A stretch of 64,000 bases of DNA from Curvularia clavata (GCA_023920165.1 CP089277.1:3782001-3846000); one strand, 5' to 3'. Positions 46,987 to 60,153 are shown, counted from the first letter of the stretch. The notes: a model not told the origin generated them from the letters alone. Numbers and translations are program-made.

Positions 46987-48372
46987 ATGCCCATGGCAGA
47001 CATACGTCTTTCACCGCTCACGATCCTGATGGTATTAACACATAGAGCCGTTACCGTAAGGTCCCATCCGATGGACCCAGTTCTTCCACTGGACAACCGC
47101 AATGTAGTCGGCATCGACATCGAGCATCAAGTGGAGGGTCAATCAATGCACCGCGTTTCCGTAGCGGTGGCATGTGTCTTGCTTGCATTAATTCTCGCGT
47201 TCGTGCAAGGTAAGCTCTCTCGCTCTGAGGAGCGCGTCGCTGCGAAACTTTCGGCTGAGGGCTCTGCTAACTCTACGTGCAGGCTATCGAGCAGGCCGCC
47301 TGGCTGGACATAAATCCAAAACTCAAGTCTCTCATGTTTTAGTATTTGTCCAGGGGTTCTTTTGCACGGCCTTTTTGTTGGCCGTTGCTGTAGTAGCTGG
47401 GGGACTCGGTTTGCATACACTCAACGAATGCCGTGCTGCTGCCTATATCTGCATCGCCTTTTTTGTATCAGCAAAGGTTACACTGTCAGTTTGCCACAAC
47501 GTTTGCTCATGATGTACCTGCTCACTCTGCCAGTTATCTCTTTCTACTCGAACGTGTCCACATAGTCCGGGCCTCCTTCGTCAGCCGTTGGCGTGATCCG
47601 CTCTACGTTATCGCGGGGATTGTGACCACAGGCACTCTTCTTGGCCTGTTCGGATCGCAACTTTTCAACCCGTATTTCGAGATGTCTCAAAAAGATGGCA
47701 GATGTCGAATTGGCATTCATTTCACGATTTCGATTCTCGTCGCAGTAAACGATGTGCTCGTCAACGTAGTACTTACAGGAATCTTTATTTGGCAACTCCG
47801 TCCAGCGTGGGCTTCAACAAGGTCCCAGATTCACAGCACAGTCAGCTCCGTTGATGGGGCAAAGTATTCTACCATCGGAGGGTTTAGATATTGGCTGTCA
47901 ATGTGTCACCGAGCGATACGGGGCTCGTCCCTCAGCGAGTTACAGGTCATGTTGGTGCGGAATGTCATCAGCGCAATCTGTATGCTTATCAGTTCCCTAA
48001 GCGTCAACATCTTCACGGCTCTCCACGACTCCGCGAGACGTGGCCATGTTTGCTTGTTGATATGCTTGAGCGACGGTCAGTACTCCACGCACATGTCTCG
48101 TTTTACGCTAAACTTTTGCTCTAGTGGTTCTTGGTATGCTGGTTACGAATTGGTTAACGATGCGGTCAGCCAGACAAGAGCACTCGTCGCGCCCCACGTG
48201 CAGTACGGCAGATGCATGGAGCAGTCCTGCGTCTAGTTCAAACAGTGCAATCTCTAGAGGCCCTTCCCAAAATTCTGAAGACAAATATACCAGGACAAAC
48301 GCGTTCGGTATCCCGGTTGTATCACCTATTGGTCCTGCAATGGTCAAAAACGAATACCCAAGTGTCCCTTGA
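46987..48372 (+). CDS. Uncharacterised polytopic membrane protein (GPCR-like topology); introns 47210-47282, 47485-47533, 48076-48124
   Basis: Three canonical introns give one frame with about 7 hydrophobic segments (ECRAAAYICIAFF, YLFLLERVHIVR, DGRCRIG, DVLVNVVLTGIFIWQL, CLLICLSDVV). The start codon is uncertain. Confidence 0.72.
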
Positions 48373-49244
48373 GCCCTTCAAAACTACTGGAATTTATGCT
48401 CCACAAGGACTCTCTGGAGGGGCGATTGTAACTGTTGTGTACAGATGAGACTGCCTCAAATATTGGTCATTTAATGCCTGTCTCCAGAGATTAGCCATTT
48501 CAACATGGCTCGCTTCCGGACGTTGACTGTTTCATCATGGCTTGCCACCGGGCATACAACATCGATACCCGGCTACTTCCCCAAAGTTCACCTTAGACTT
48601 GAGGACGAAAATTTGAATGCGAATGTATCCAGTCCACTTCGGTCACTCAGTAGGGACTGCTCTCTTACCCAACACCGCACCCTTTCACCGCACACGCAAA
48701 TTGACCACACCCAACCCAGACGCCTGCCGGTTTCTCGTATCGCCACGACACAAGGACCAGCAGCGCAAGGCCAGCGCACGAAAAGAAAGCAGTGTAGAGA
48801 AAACGGGAGAAATCTTTGCAGATCAAGCGCTCTCTGCCATCTTGACTACTGCAATCAAAACTGCCTCTGCTAAAACAATATGAGGCATGTGTAAATTAGT
48901 GAACAGTAAAAAGCCTCCGCCTATTAACATAATACATCACAAAATATCAAACGCAATTATACTACTTTCCTCCCTGAACAGTATGCAGTTCACCGCGGTG
49001 TACCTAGCAAGTAAGAAGAAAATCTGGCAAAGCAGGGTCAAGCTACATCGACCAAGTGTGGCACAGTAAAACGCTCCTGCAAATGCTTGTATGGCTCCAA
49101 AAGAACAGGATGTACGCAGAGACAGATTCTCAACGAAGCCTGAATCTTTGTAGAATGAAGAGAGGAAACAAGGCGTGGATGAACCATAATTCTGTACCAA
49201 AACCTCCAAAAAAAAATCCAAAATACATTTCTTTAATTACCTAC

Positions 49245-51846
49245 TTACGCTCCGAACAACCCTTCTCCCTCCCCCTCCTGCTTCACTTCCTCTTCCTTCT
49301 CCTCCGCCTGCACCACGACGCCTTCCTCCTCTTCCCTCTCCAAATACGGTGGCGGCGCCAACTCCTCCGCCTCGTCCCCATCCCCCTTGTCCACCCACAC
49401 TCTATTCAGCTCCCTCTCAATCTCCTCTCTCCTCTTCTTCCACCCCTCGACCTTCTCCAGGCGCTCCCTCAACTCCGCAAGTTCCTTCTCGACACTTGAT
49501 TTCTCCGACTGCGTGCCTATGCGTTGGAATTCCCATTCGTCGCCATGCGGGCCCATGCCGAGGGTGAGAGTGAAGGTGTGGTAGCGTTTGAGGGAGGCGC
49601 GGGTGGAGATTGTTATGAGTGCTGTCATTGCATGTCAGTATGACGGAGATGGGAATGGGGGGATAATAGTCGGGGGGAAGGGAGAGAGAAGATGACTTAC
49701 TTATTCCCTTGGCCTTTGCGCGTTCATACAACAAGCCCTCGACATCGCTGCTCACAGCACTCGTTCCCTCGTCGATAAACGCATATCTCGGCTCGTGATA
49801 CAGCAATCTCGCAATGCCCATACGCTGTTTCTCACCACCGCTAAAGACGTCTTTCCAAACTTTCTTGGTGTCCCAGCCGCCCTCGCGGTCGGGGAGGTAG
49901 CCCAGCTTGGCTTCTTCGAGGATCTGCGAGAGCTCAAAGTCGCGGCGGCCGGCATCTTTCATATCGGCATCGGTGTGCGGGTAGATGACTTGGTCGCGCA
50001 GCGTGCCCGTGGAGAGGTAAGGTCGCTGGGGCAGGAACATGATGCCGTCGACGCCGACGCTGCGTGGGCGGCTGACGAGACCGCGGTAGGCAGGCCATAG
50101 ACCGGCGACGATGCGGGCGACGGCGCTCTTGCCGCAGCCGTTGGGACCCGTGATAAGGAGATGCTCGCCAGAGTGCACGATAAAGGAGAGGGACTCGAGG
50201 AGTTCTTCACCGCCTCGTGGGTGCAACGCTGGCGCAACAATTGGCACATGTTCGAGGCGGATGCCGTCGAAGCCTTTGTGTACTGTGCCTTGGATGTCGG
50301 AGACAGAGTAGAGTTCAGGGCGCGTGCCTGGTAGAGGGTAGTATGCGTCGGCATGGACGCGATGAAGTGTGCTGATTAGTGTATAGACGCGCGAAGTGTA
50401 TCCTGCTAATTCAGAGAGATCTTTGATGCTGTACATCATTCGACCACCGGCATCGGCGAGAGACAGCATGAGGCGCTTGTTTGTGATAAAATCCTTCATG
50501 CGGCTTCGCTCGCGTTGTGTACGCTCGCTTCCTGGCACTTCTGGTGCACTACCTAGGCCACCCCAGGCCGGCAGGAAGACTGGAAGAGAGGTAATGAGGT
50601 ATCCAAAAGCTGACCAGGAATATTTCAATACGAAGTCCTCAAGCATGTTGTATCGGATCTTGAGACTGTAGATGCCTTCCATCCAGTGTTTGAGGTCTTT
50701 GAAGCCGCGCTCGAGGAAGTGCTTTTCCATCTCGTCTCCACCATAGAAGGCGACTTCTTCGGCATTGGCGATGAGGCGGGAATGGAGGGCGCGGAACTCG
50801 CCCTCTCTTCGTCCTTCCACTGCCTTTAGTTTGCCAAATGGAGGAGAGAGTTTTCTCAGAACCGTTGCTGTTAGGAAGTAGTTGCTTAGCAGCCCAGTGA
50901 GAGCCAGCGGTCCCAGAGATTTATAAAGTTGGTAATTGAAGACGCAGAGATCAACAAATGGCTTGCCCAGGCTGGAATATAGCGATGCAGCACTTGCACA
51001 GAATAGCGTCAAGTCTTGGGTAATATACTGATCTGCGAGTCCCACGCCCCCGTCCAGATTCTGCAGCTTGTAGTAATTGAGGTGGTCGTTGAGATACAGG
51101 TCATGGATATATCGCGTAAGCCGGGTGCGGAAGGCGATGGAGACTTTGCTCTGCAAGAACTTGATCATGGCGTTGGTGTATGATGAAAAGGTGCCGACAC
51201 CCAGCCATTTGACGATGCCCCAGAGGAACGCTTTGCCGTTGCCTGCGACGAGATCTCGCACAATTTCTCCGTCAAGCCGCGCTACAACGAGGGAAAGATA
51301 TGTTCGTAGCATGAGAAACACGCTGTGGCTGACCAGCAGACCCGTCTCTTTGCTATTCCACCTCGGTATCATAATATTCAGCAGACTGAGGAACTGGTGC
51401 AGAAACGCGAGGTTCAGTCCCGGCTTAGTTTGCGGCGGCGGCGCTTGTGGATCGCTGGAAAGCGTGTCGGCCATACGGGCTGCGCGTGGAGGCTGAAGGA
51501 ATAGCCTACGATGGGCTTCAAAGGTCGTCTGCTTCGTAGGATAAATGACGACCTTGGACGTCGAGTCGCGATTCGGCACGTAGATTGTCCTGGAGCCATC
51601 TTTGTTCTTGAGCCCAGAGTTCCGCCTCAGGAGTCGTCGGCCTGTTTCCCTTTCTGCGCGTCGGTTCTTGTACAGCCTCCGGGTTCCATAGCCAGCGCCT
51701 ATAATGGTGAAGAGCAAGGTGATGGTGGATAGCAGCTTGGTAAGCTTAGATGCGCCCCGGACGCGGGATTTGAGGAGCTTCGCATAATGATCGTAGAGTG
51801 CTAAGAGAGGGTCATGAGGCTGCCGTAAGGTAGACTGTGCGGCCAT
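49245..51846 (-). CDS. pxa1: Peroxisomal ABCD half-transporter Pxa1 (fatty acyl-CoA import); intron 49700-49622
   Basis: EGEFRALHSRLIANAEEVAFYGG (EAA-like), Walker A GPNGCGKS, FLPQRPY, FSGGEKQR and IDEGTSAVS. After the intron: TLITISTRASLKRYH. Confidence 0.92.
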
Positions 51847-51964
51847 GTTTGGCCGTGAACATCCTTCCCAGGACGCTTCGCATGTCGTGGAGTGGGAGGA
51901 TGGCACTGGGTGCTTGGAGGTGGTGTACCTTGCATGTGCGTGCTATGATCCCATCGTGTTTGAG

Positions 51965-51970
51965 CCGAGG
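51965..51970. promoter_or_regulatory. CCGAGG (FarA/FarB/Ctf1-type) site upstream of pxa1
   Basis: CCGAGG about 120 bp before the pxa1 ATG. This is the known core site for fatty-acid/peroxisome regulators in filamentous fungi. Confidence 0.45.
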
Positions 51971-52281
51971 CACTGGACATGTGAATGCGGCACGTGCGCT
52001 GGGGTAATCCGGGGTGGTGGGTCTCCGTCACAGCGCCTAAAGCCAGGTCAAGGCGTCTGAAGAACGACAAAGTCAATTGCTATGAATCAAGCAAACTCTA
52101 AAAACAAATAGCTCCAGGAATGCAAAAGAAATGAAAATCAACAAAACGAAGCCGCCGCACAATCTCCCAATACCCTGATACTCCGTACAACACAAGATCC
52201 ATAAAAGTACATGATCATAATACATAAACCAACCCTCTCTTTGCCCGCTTCCGTCGTAAATCCGCGTCCTCCTACCTCTAT

Positions 52282-53421
52282 TTAATTTTGATTCCTATCG
52301 TATAATCGTTGAGTCGACCATGTTCTCCCCATATCTGCAGTACCTTCATCAAATCCGTAGCCAGAGAAGCCCCACGGCTGCATGTAAGGATGGGGGGCGG
52401 TGTCATGCTGGATGTCGAGCATTACGAAAGGTGATACAATACCGGCTGTAGATGGAGAAGAAGAGCAGACACTGTCGCTTACGGGCGATGGAAGCATTGG
52501 GCCGCTCCATGAAAACGAGTTATCAAATGTCGAACTGGGCAAGCTGTACCCGTAGTTTGAATGCTGTGGTGGGATGCTCAGGCTTGAAGTCATAATAGGC
52601 CTGCTATTTTGGATAGCCTGATTTGCCGGGCTGTACACCGTAGATTGAGAAGAAGAAGAGAAAGATTCGTAAGAAGGTATTGTCGCAATGTCGATAGTGG
52701 GATAGTTCCTTGAAGCCATCATGTTGTTGGTCGAGTAATCGTCTGGAGCTTGCATGTTTGAAGAATTAAGCTGAATCCACTGATCCATCATCAACGGATC
52801 GCACGAAAGAAAGTTCGAGTCGACGGATTGACATTGCTCTGACTGAGGCTGCATCATTTGCAAGGAGCCATTGTTTGCGCAGTTGGAATTGAAGCAGTCG
52901 AAGTCTGTGTACATCGGCCCGGAAGTCGTTTTGAACTCGTATGCTGATGTGTCGGGCAAACTCGACGTTGGGGACCAGTCGGAAACCCAATCTTGTGCAA
53001 CGTCCGTCCCAATCTGGGGAACTTGAATCTGAGGTTTGGTTGGTAACCCAGGCTTTCTAGCCGGGTTGGTGGTTGAGGATGGCCGATTCTTGACTGCCTT
53101 GACTGCCTTGACGAATGGTGTTCCATCTGGATTTCTCTTTCTCTTCCGACCAGGTTTGCCGTGCTTTCGTGAAACACCGTAGACACATTGTGACTTGTTG
53201 GCAAAGCAACGTGCGCATGTTGGATGCTCCTTACTGCACCTAATCTTGGATGCGGCGCATGCATCGCACGAAGCCCGGAGTTTCAACCTCTTTTCCTTGG
53301 TCGAGGAACCAATCTTAGCAGAGGAAGTAGTAGGCGGCGGCGGCGGCGGTACGAGAGCTGGAGCCGTGAGCTCCGTTGTGGCAGGCTGTTGCCAACCCGG
53401 TATTTGCAAATTAACAGACAT
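52282..53421 (-). CDS. Zn(II)2Cys6 transcription factor (AflR-like zinc cluster, low-complexity C-terminus); intronless
   Basis: KLRASCDACAASKIRCSKEHPTCARCFANKSQCVY followed by a basic NLS-like stretch. ATG in AAAATG context. Confidence 0.88.
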   Translation of the reverse strand: MSVNLQIPGWQQPATTELTAPALVPPPPPPTTSSAKIGSSTKEKRLKLRASCDACAASKIRCSKEHPTCARCFANKSQCVYGVSRKHGKPGRKRKRNPDGTPFVKAVKAVKNRPSSTTNPARKPGLPTKPQIQVPQIGTDVAQDWVSDWSPTSSLPDTSAYEFKTTSGPMYTDFDCFNSNCANNGSLQMMQPQSEQCQSVDSNFLSCDPLMMDQWIQLNSSNMQAPDDYSTNNMMASRNYPTIDIATIPSYESFSSSSQSTVYSPANQAIQNSRPIMTSSLSIPPQHSNYGYSLPSSTFDNSFSWSGPMLPSPVSDSVCSSSPSTAGIVSPFVMLDIQHDTAPHPYMQPWGFSGYGFDEGTADMGRTWSTQRLYDRNQN

Positions 53422-55547
53422 TTTGGCCGAAAGTAAAAGAAATTTCCTAAATAGATCAGAGAAGAGCAGAAAGGAAAGGAAAGAAAAAAGAAAGATGAGC
53501 GCCGTGCTATTAGCTGGGTCTATTCCAGGATCCCGGACCTGAGGACCCATTGTTATTTTATACCAGATGCCTCGTGCAGTCTTAGTAGACGCGCGATCAA
53601 GCTCGTGGTGTATAGGAAGATGCGGCTACCGCACAGACCTACACTGCAGCGTAGGGCGTCTGCCATGATTAGCGTACCCGCATGTCTCAGCCTTCAGGGC
53701 TCGTACAGTGTGCCTGGCATGCGTCGAACCATGTGAGCGGTTTGACAGGTATGCTTTTAGGCCACGATGCCATGTGCAGCCATGTTAATCCCTGTGTCCA
53801 CGCATTTTGCTGCATTTGTCGCCCAAAATGTCTCGATCCGGTAAGTATTCGTACTTTTGACGCAAAAAGAGCCAATTTAGTAGTCATGCAGCTGTAGCAT
53901 CCAATGGAGTAGGCGATGTGTCAGACCAAGAGTGCTGACAGACAGCCGACAGTGCATACAACGCAACCACCCCACACAAACGGGGCCCTGGCCCGACACT
54001 TGTTCGGCTCGGGACGTGTGTGTAGTCAGTCTTCAGAATGTCCAGCAGCCATCGCGATTTCTGGGCCTTTTCGACGTCGCATAGTATTGTGAGACGTCTG
54101 GCTCCTTGAAGAATAACGGCGATGCTCTGCTCCGTGAGCAAGAAGCTGCATCGATGCGCTACCGTCTTCCCGATGGTGAAGACGTGATGTCAATAGCGGC
54201 TCCTACGCGGTAACTTGAACGCTAGCCTTATGCCAAGCACGGCCCCCGAGCCCAAAATAACTCGTCTTGTCATTGGTCGCGAGCACCTCACCTCACCCTC
54301 TGAATCCTATACATACTGCTTCCACGTATCCGTGGCTCTGGCACTTCGGCTGTTATGCCTGTGAATGGTACTCGGTTTACACACACCGGTTCCGTCACAT
54401 TGGTTAGGTCACCTCTACGGTCGACGCAAGCCGCGGCACTGGGTAGGTATATCGGTCAACACCTTTACGCTCCCATCTGGCGCTCGGAAAATGAGGAGCG
54501 GAGTTGAAGGAGGCTCTGCGGAAGAGGCTGAAGCGGCTGTGTTGTTTGGCGTTGAGAGGGTGGATAGTCAGTCAGTGTTTCGTGTGAACAACACTGCGGG
54601 ATAACTGACTATCACGACGGAGTGAGAGGAGGAGGAAAGACTACACTGCGACTTGCCCCACTTAGTTGCCTCCATTGTACTTGGATATTCTGCCAATTCC
54701 CGGGCTCACAAAATGGGGGGCCCGTACGTTTGCCCTGATGCGTAGACATACCAAACAGCCGCCTTCCTACGCCTCAGTCCAGCCTGTTCTGCTTACTGTA
54801 TACAGCCGGCGGGCCTTTTTTCTTGTGGCTGCATGGTGCCTGGAAACTTTTCTTTCCGTCCTTCTAGTCGCTTGGCTGAATGGACAGCGTTGCCTGAACA
54901 GGGTAGTTATGTTTTAGCGTTTTGTTCCCTTCCTTCAGGAACTGGGATAAGCGATTGGAGGGATATTTTCCATTGTTTTACGCTAGAGGGGTGAGAGTGA
55001 GGTAGAGGGGCTATTCTGGGCATCTGCGGGCGAGCGGGTGGGGGATGGGTTGGCGAGGCAGGGATTAGAAGGCAGTTTCTATCTTGGTAGTCTGCTCGCC
55101 TAACCGAAAGAAGGTACGTTTCCCCACGTGGATACACAACGTGCATTGTTATCAGCGGGACGAGACGTATTCTGTTTCTATTTTCCAACCTCATCTTCCA
55201 TTTGGCACTAGACCCCGATCCCAGGGCAAGTGTAAGCGGGTGCAAGTGGGCACGATGACAGTTTGCATATGCAATTGAATACGTATTCAGCTTGATAGGA
55301 TATACACCTGAAGCATCCAGAAAGAACATGAAGACCGATTTACCTATCCAAATCCCTTGTATAACCCTGGTATATATTGGAAACCACACAAAAGAAAAAT
55401 CAAGAACACAAAAGCCCCCTATGTTTGTACACCAGTTAAGGAAAGTGTGATTGTATGCGCCGAAAAAATGCTCTGGTATCGTGATGTAAACACAACAAAA
55501 AGAAAGAAAGACCAAGGCAAGGCTGAACATGGCTGCATGTTTGCCGA

Positions 55548-57323
55548 CTAGATGGGAAAAACTTTACGGAAAATGCGCCGCCATCGAGGAACATTTTGCT
55601 CTTCATCCTCGTCGTGGGCGGGTGCATGGCGAGGGCCAAGCATGGCTAGCGCCCGTTGGCGGGCCCATTCTCTTCGGCTTTGGGCGGAATCGCAGTCTAG
55701 TGGCTGTTGTGAGGGTGGTCCGTTAGTTGGCAGGTGTTGTGGTGAAGCGCCCGGTGGGGGAGCCATTGCCATTTCAATGTCATTCGGTGGGGCTTGCGTT
55801 CGATGCGGCGCGCTGAAGATTCTTCGCCCTGCAATGGCTCCACCTATCCGGTTGCCAAGGAATCCTAGAGCTGCGGGCGGTCGGGCTAGTGGTGCTGATG
55901 TGCCAGTTACTGTATTGGTCGCTGAACTTGGCTGTGTGTTGGCTGTGCGTGCACTGCGCGACCGCACACGATTGATATGCCGTTCCCGCCGTACCATGAT
56001 GTTTGTGATCTTGACTGGACACACACCTGAGGGCAAGACGGTCCGCTTGCACATGGGGCACAATGAGGAGTGGCCGAGGAGAAAGGGGTCGATGCATTCG
56101 GGGTGGAAGACGTGGTGGCAAGGCAGCTCTCGCACTTGGGATTTACCTGGCTCGAAGTCGTCCATGCATATAGGACAGGTAGGTTGTGACCAAGAGCTGG
56201 ATGTGCCCGGCTTTGGTATTTCAGGCGCCGACGAATGACGGGCGAGGGGTGGCATTTTGTGGCCAGTTTCTGCATTTGCAGCAGTGGAAGGACCGTCGTT
56301 TGGTTCCTCAAAGGGGTTTTCAACAGCCTTCTCAGACTCGTTTGTATTGCTTCCGCCAAACGTACGAACGGGCATCTGGTCAAGGATTTGTTGTGACACA
56401 GTCAGCCGCTTTACGCCTAAAGCCTCGAGGTCAACCTGTCCGTCGAGAACACGCTGGCGAAGGTCATTGCGACGCCTTCGCTGGATAAGGTGCATGACGA
56501 CAGAGGTGAAGCTGACAGCGACAAGCAGGATGGCCAAGACTATGACGAGGAAGACCCAGAGACTCGGAAGTTGGTTGCTAGAGTCTAACCAGGGTAGTTA
56601 GTAGAGGCCCAAAAAAAAGAAAGCAACGCATACTCACTTGTGCCAATATTCCCCCAGAGCCGTATGTAGTCGGTCTCTGCGTAAATCTCGCCCAGCTTGT
56701 CTCCGTCAGGTACCGTGCTAAGGTTTCCCGAGTACAGGTTCAACTGGTTCATGATGTTGCTTCCGGTTATCGAGGAGACGGCATAGGTGGGGAAATTGTT
56801 GCGCGACTGCCAGCTTCCGCCATCCTCGAGGTTCCAGGCGGGATCGTTGAGCACGGGGGGCTGGCTGTTGCTGTTGCCCGGCAGGTAGGTGATGAAGGCC
56901 TTTGTGGCATACTTGCGCGCATCGGTAAAGTACTCGATTGTGCACTGGGCAGAGTACCAGGGCGCAACGGCGATGAGGGCATAGTTCTTGTCATGGGGCA
57001 GGTTCTCCTGGCGCGTCACGTTTGCGGGGACATATTGCGCCTGCTCGTCCTTGCAGGCGGACGTGTGGACTTCGGGAACGTATAGAATGCCAAAGGGGTC
57101 CTGGTCGGGATCGATGCCCTTTGTCGACAGTGTCTGGATGTTGTTGTTGATGTTGTAGCGAAATCCGAGCGAGTCGTTGAGCAACTGGAACTGGTTGTTG
57201 TCGTAATCGATGAAGCGGGGGTCGGGGAAGTCGATGGTGGAGATGCTGATACGTTGAGCAGCTGTGGAGAGGAGGGTCAGTGTATGGAATGCAAGGAGGC
57301 GCGACAGTGTGTGACGTACTCAT
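55548..57323 (-). CDS. Membrane-anchored RING-H2 E3 ubiquitin ligase (PA-like luminal region, one TM); introns 57319-57262 and 56637-56585
   Basis: LPSLWVFLVIVLAILLV TM segment, VDLEALGVKRL, and CPICMDDF...RELPCHHVFHPECIDPFL...CPMC. The 5' end is less certain. Confidence 0.88.
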
Positions 57324-58045
57324 GGTGGCGCGCGTAACAAAGCGAATTACACACGGATCGCTGGACTGGACCGACTACAAGGCATGCTGAGGGCAGAGGA
57401 GGGAGGAGAGAGGCGGAAGGGCGGAGGAGGCGGGCAAGGAATCGAGGCAGAGAGTCGCAGCGATGGTGACGAATGCGGCTCGCAAGGGTGGCTAGAGACC
57501 AGACGGAGAGGGAGAGAGAGGCTGGTAGCCACAGCCGCGACTCCCGGGCGGGCAGCAAAAACGCGCCGAACTGGGCACGGCGCAGCACAATACAGTACAG
57601 GACCGTAGAATAGAGCACGGCAAAGGATAATTACAATACAGCTGAATCGTAGCACACACTGCATTCACCATCTGCACTGGAAACATGACGTTGGGGCCGC
57701 GCGGACGCTGCAGCCCGTAGTCTGACCGTAGCTAATGCAAATGCGCGCCCCGGCCGCCCCCCCATGGCGGCGGCGGCGGCGGCCTACTAGCCTCTACTAT
57801 ACACGAGTCGCCAACAACACCACCATCACCACACGCGCAATGCGCATCACGACGTCGCCCGCAACACCACAGCCCGCGCTGCACCACACCAGTCGCTTGG
57901 ATTGCCACCGCTGATGCGATTCGCCCCACACGCATAGCACCCTCGTTCCCCCTATCCGCATCGCTGGGCGCAGCTTCCCCGCATACCCCGGCACTGCGTC
58001 CACCGCCCGCTCCTCAACTCCTCAACACCTACCCACACGCCCGCC

Positions 58046-60153
58046 ATGGCGCCCACCGGCCTCGGCAGCAAGGGCAAGGCCATCAAGCCGGGCTCCAAGC
58101 CCTCGCAGACTCCGCGCAGCCGCAACACGACTCCGCTGCCCAACGTGCGCGCCTCGGTCGAGCCTTCCTCGGCCTCGTCGCACTACGGCGGCCGCCTCTC
58201 CTCGTACCTCAAAAAGTGCCCCGTCACCGTCGAGGAGATTCTCGACAGCGGCGCCAATGGCTCCCAAATCCCCTCGGGCAAGCAGCTGCTCACCATGCGC
58301 GACAACATCGAGAAGACGGTCCTCAAGAACGTCGAGTCGCGCTGCGTCCAGTCGGAAGGCGCCCTCCGCGAGCTCATGAGCCTCAAGAAGAACCGCGCCC
58401 CCCGCGACCGCGAAAAGGACAGGACCGGCGACGACCGTGATCGCAAGCACAAGCTCAAGAAGGTCAACACCAAGCACGACGAAGACGGAAAGCACCCGCC
58501 TGCCGTCGGCGCCCATGGAGTCGCCAGGCAGGATGGAGGCGATGCCAAAGGTAGGTCCGCTGCCTATGCCCTTCTGCTCTGCCTTCTCTCTTTTACCTCG
58601 TTCTTTGTTCTACATGCGCGCAACCATACACTCCCCCAATTCATACCTCACATGCCCTGTGCCTGCATTTTTCCCTGCATATATACCCGCACGCCTACAT
58701 GATGGATCCCCCCCGCCAGCGCCTGACCATCAAGCTCAGAGCCACGCCTTCCAATATCTCGCTGACCCGACGACTAGACAACTCGTCGGCCATATCCTCC
58801 CCAGTCTCACAGGCGCCGCCCTCGGCTGCTGGCACAGGCCCGGCAGACGCCCCGTCACCAAGCGGATCCGATGTCTCTCACCAGCCTGCCCCCGCGCCTG
58901 CCGTGCCTCAATTCCAGACCTTTGGGCCCGACCCTGCCAAGTTCGATGACCCCACCATATACCACATCCGCGAGGTGACTCCGGGCATGTCGATAGAAGA
59001 AAAGAAGGAGATATACTGTGTCGCCCAATTTCCCATTACCGATCTGCGCGACAAGATAGCCGGCTCGCCCCCAGACAAGGACTTTTCCAACGCCAAGCCG
59101 CCGTCACAGGTCAATGCCACAGTCTTTGCCAACTATGTAGAGCCCTACATTCGGCCTCTGACGGAAGAGGATGTGGCCTTTTTGAAGGAGCGCGGAGACC
59201 GGGTAGGACCCTTCATATTACCCAGGCGGGGGCCTCGACACTACAAAGAGATCTGGGCAGAAGAAGACGGAGCTATGCACATTGACTCAAACGACCAGCG
59301 GCCGCCACCCAACGTGCCGCGTGGTGCGGCCGAGGACATAACCGACGATGTGCTCGAAACAGACCAAGTGTCGGCTGGTCCTTTGCTATCGCGTTTGCTA
59401 GCTACACTACGACCAGAGGGGCGCGGCAACCAGAACAACCAACAAGAGGCTAACGGCATCAGCGGGGATGCCATGGATATCGACGAGGGTGCAGGCGCAC
59501 CCGCAGACACGACCAATAACAACTCCCTCCCTGCTGCAGCCCAACTCCCAGATCTCGTACAGCCTGGCTGGAAGCCGGCTGCACAGAGTGCACGCACCGA
59601 TTATGCCGGCATGGAGGATCGTGTGCTCATGGAACTCAAGCATTATGGACTCATATCCGACGCAGATGCCGAGCAGCAATCCTATGATTGTCACTTCGAC
59701 GACGAAGTAGCACAGCGCCTTCGTTTCCTACAGGAAGAACTTCGCAAGCAGTCCATTATCAACGGTGCACGGAAACAGCGTCTGCTCGAACTCACTGAGG
59801 AGCGGATAGCCCAGCAAGAGTACAACACCATAGCCGATGACCTGGATAACCAGCTGAACGCTGCATATCTCAAGCGCAATCGCAATATCGGAAAAGGCAA
59901 GAAACAAAACAAGCGACCTGGCGGTGCGGGTGGTGGCAGCCATCCGGTGGCCAACGCCGGCATTACAAGGCCAGGTGTTGGCGAACCCATCCGGACGCTC
60001 ATGGAGAGGAGAACACAATGGCTCAACACAATAGGACCTGTGGTCAATTACGGTAAAACAGGCTTGCCAACCGATACTATTTTTGGGGAGGAGAAGATGA
60101 AGGAATTGGAAAATAGAGAGGTAGAGATTTGGAACACCGAGGCCGAAGAGTAG
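58046..60153 (+). CDS. ngg1: SAGA/ADA histone acetyltransferase subunit Ada3/Ngg1; intron 58551-58777
   Basis: PPDKDFSNAKPPSQV, YVEPYIRPLTEEDVAFL, GPLLSRLL, DDEVAQRLRFLQEEL and QEYNTIADDLD. Confidence 0.92.

Noticed and set aside
54907..55530. 207-codon hydrophobic minus-strand ORF after the RING gene
   Set aside because: It lies in the expected T-rich 3' UTR. The hydrophobicity follows from base composition and there are no family motifs.
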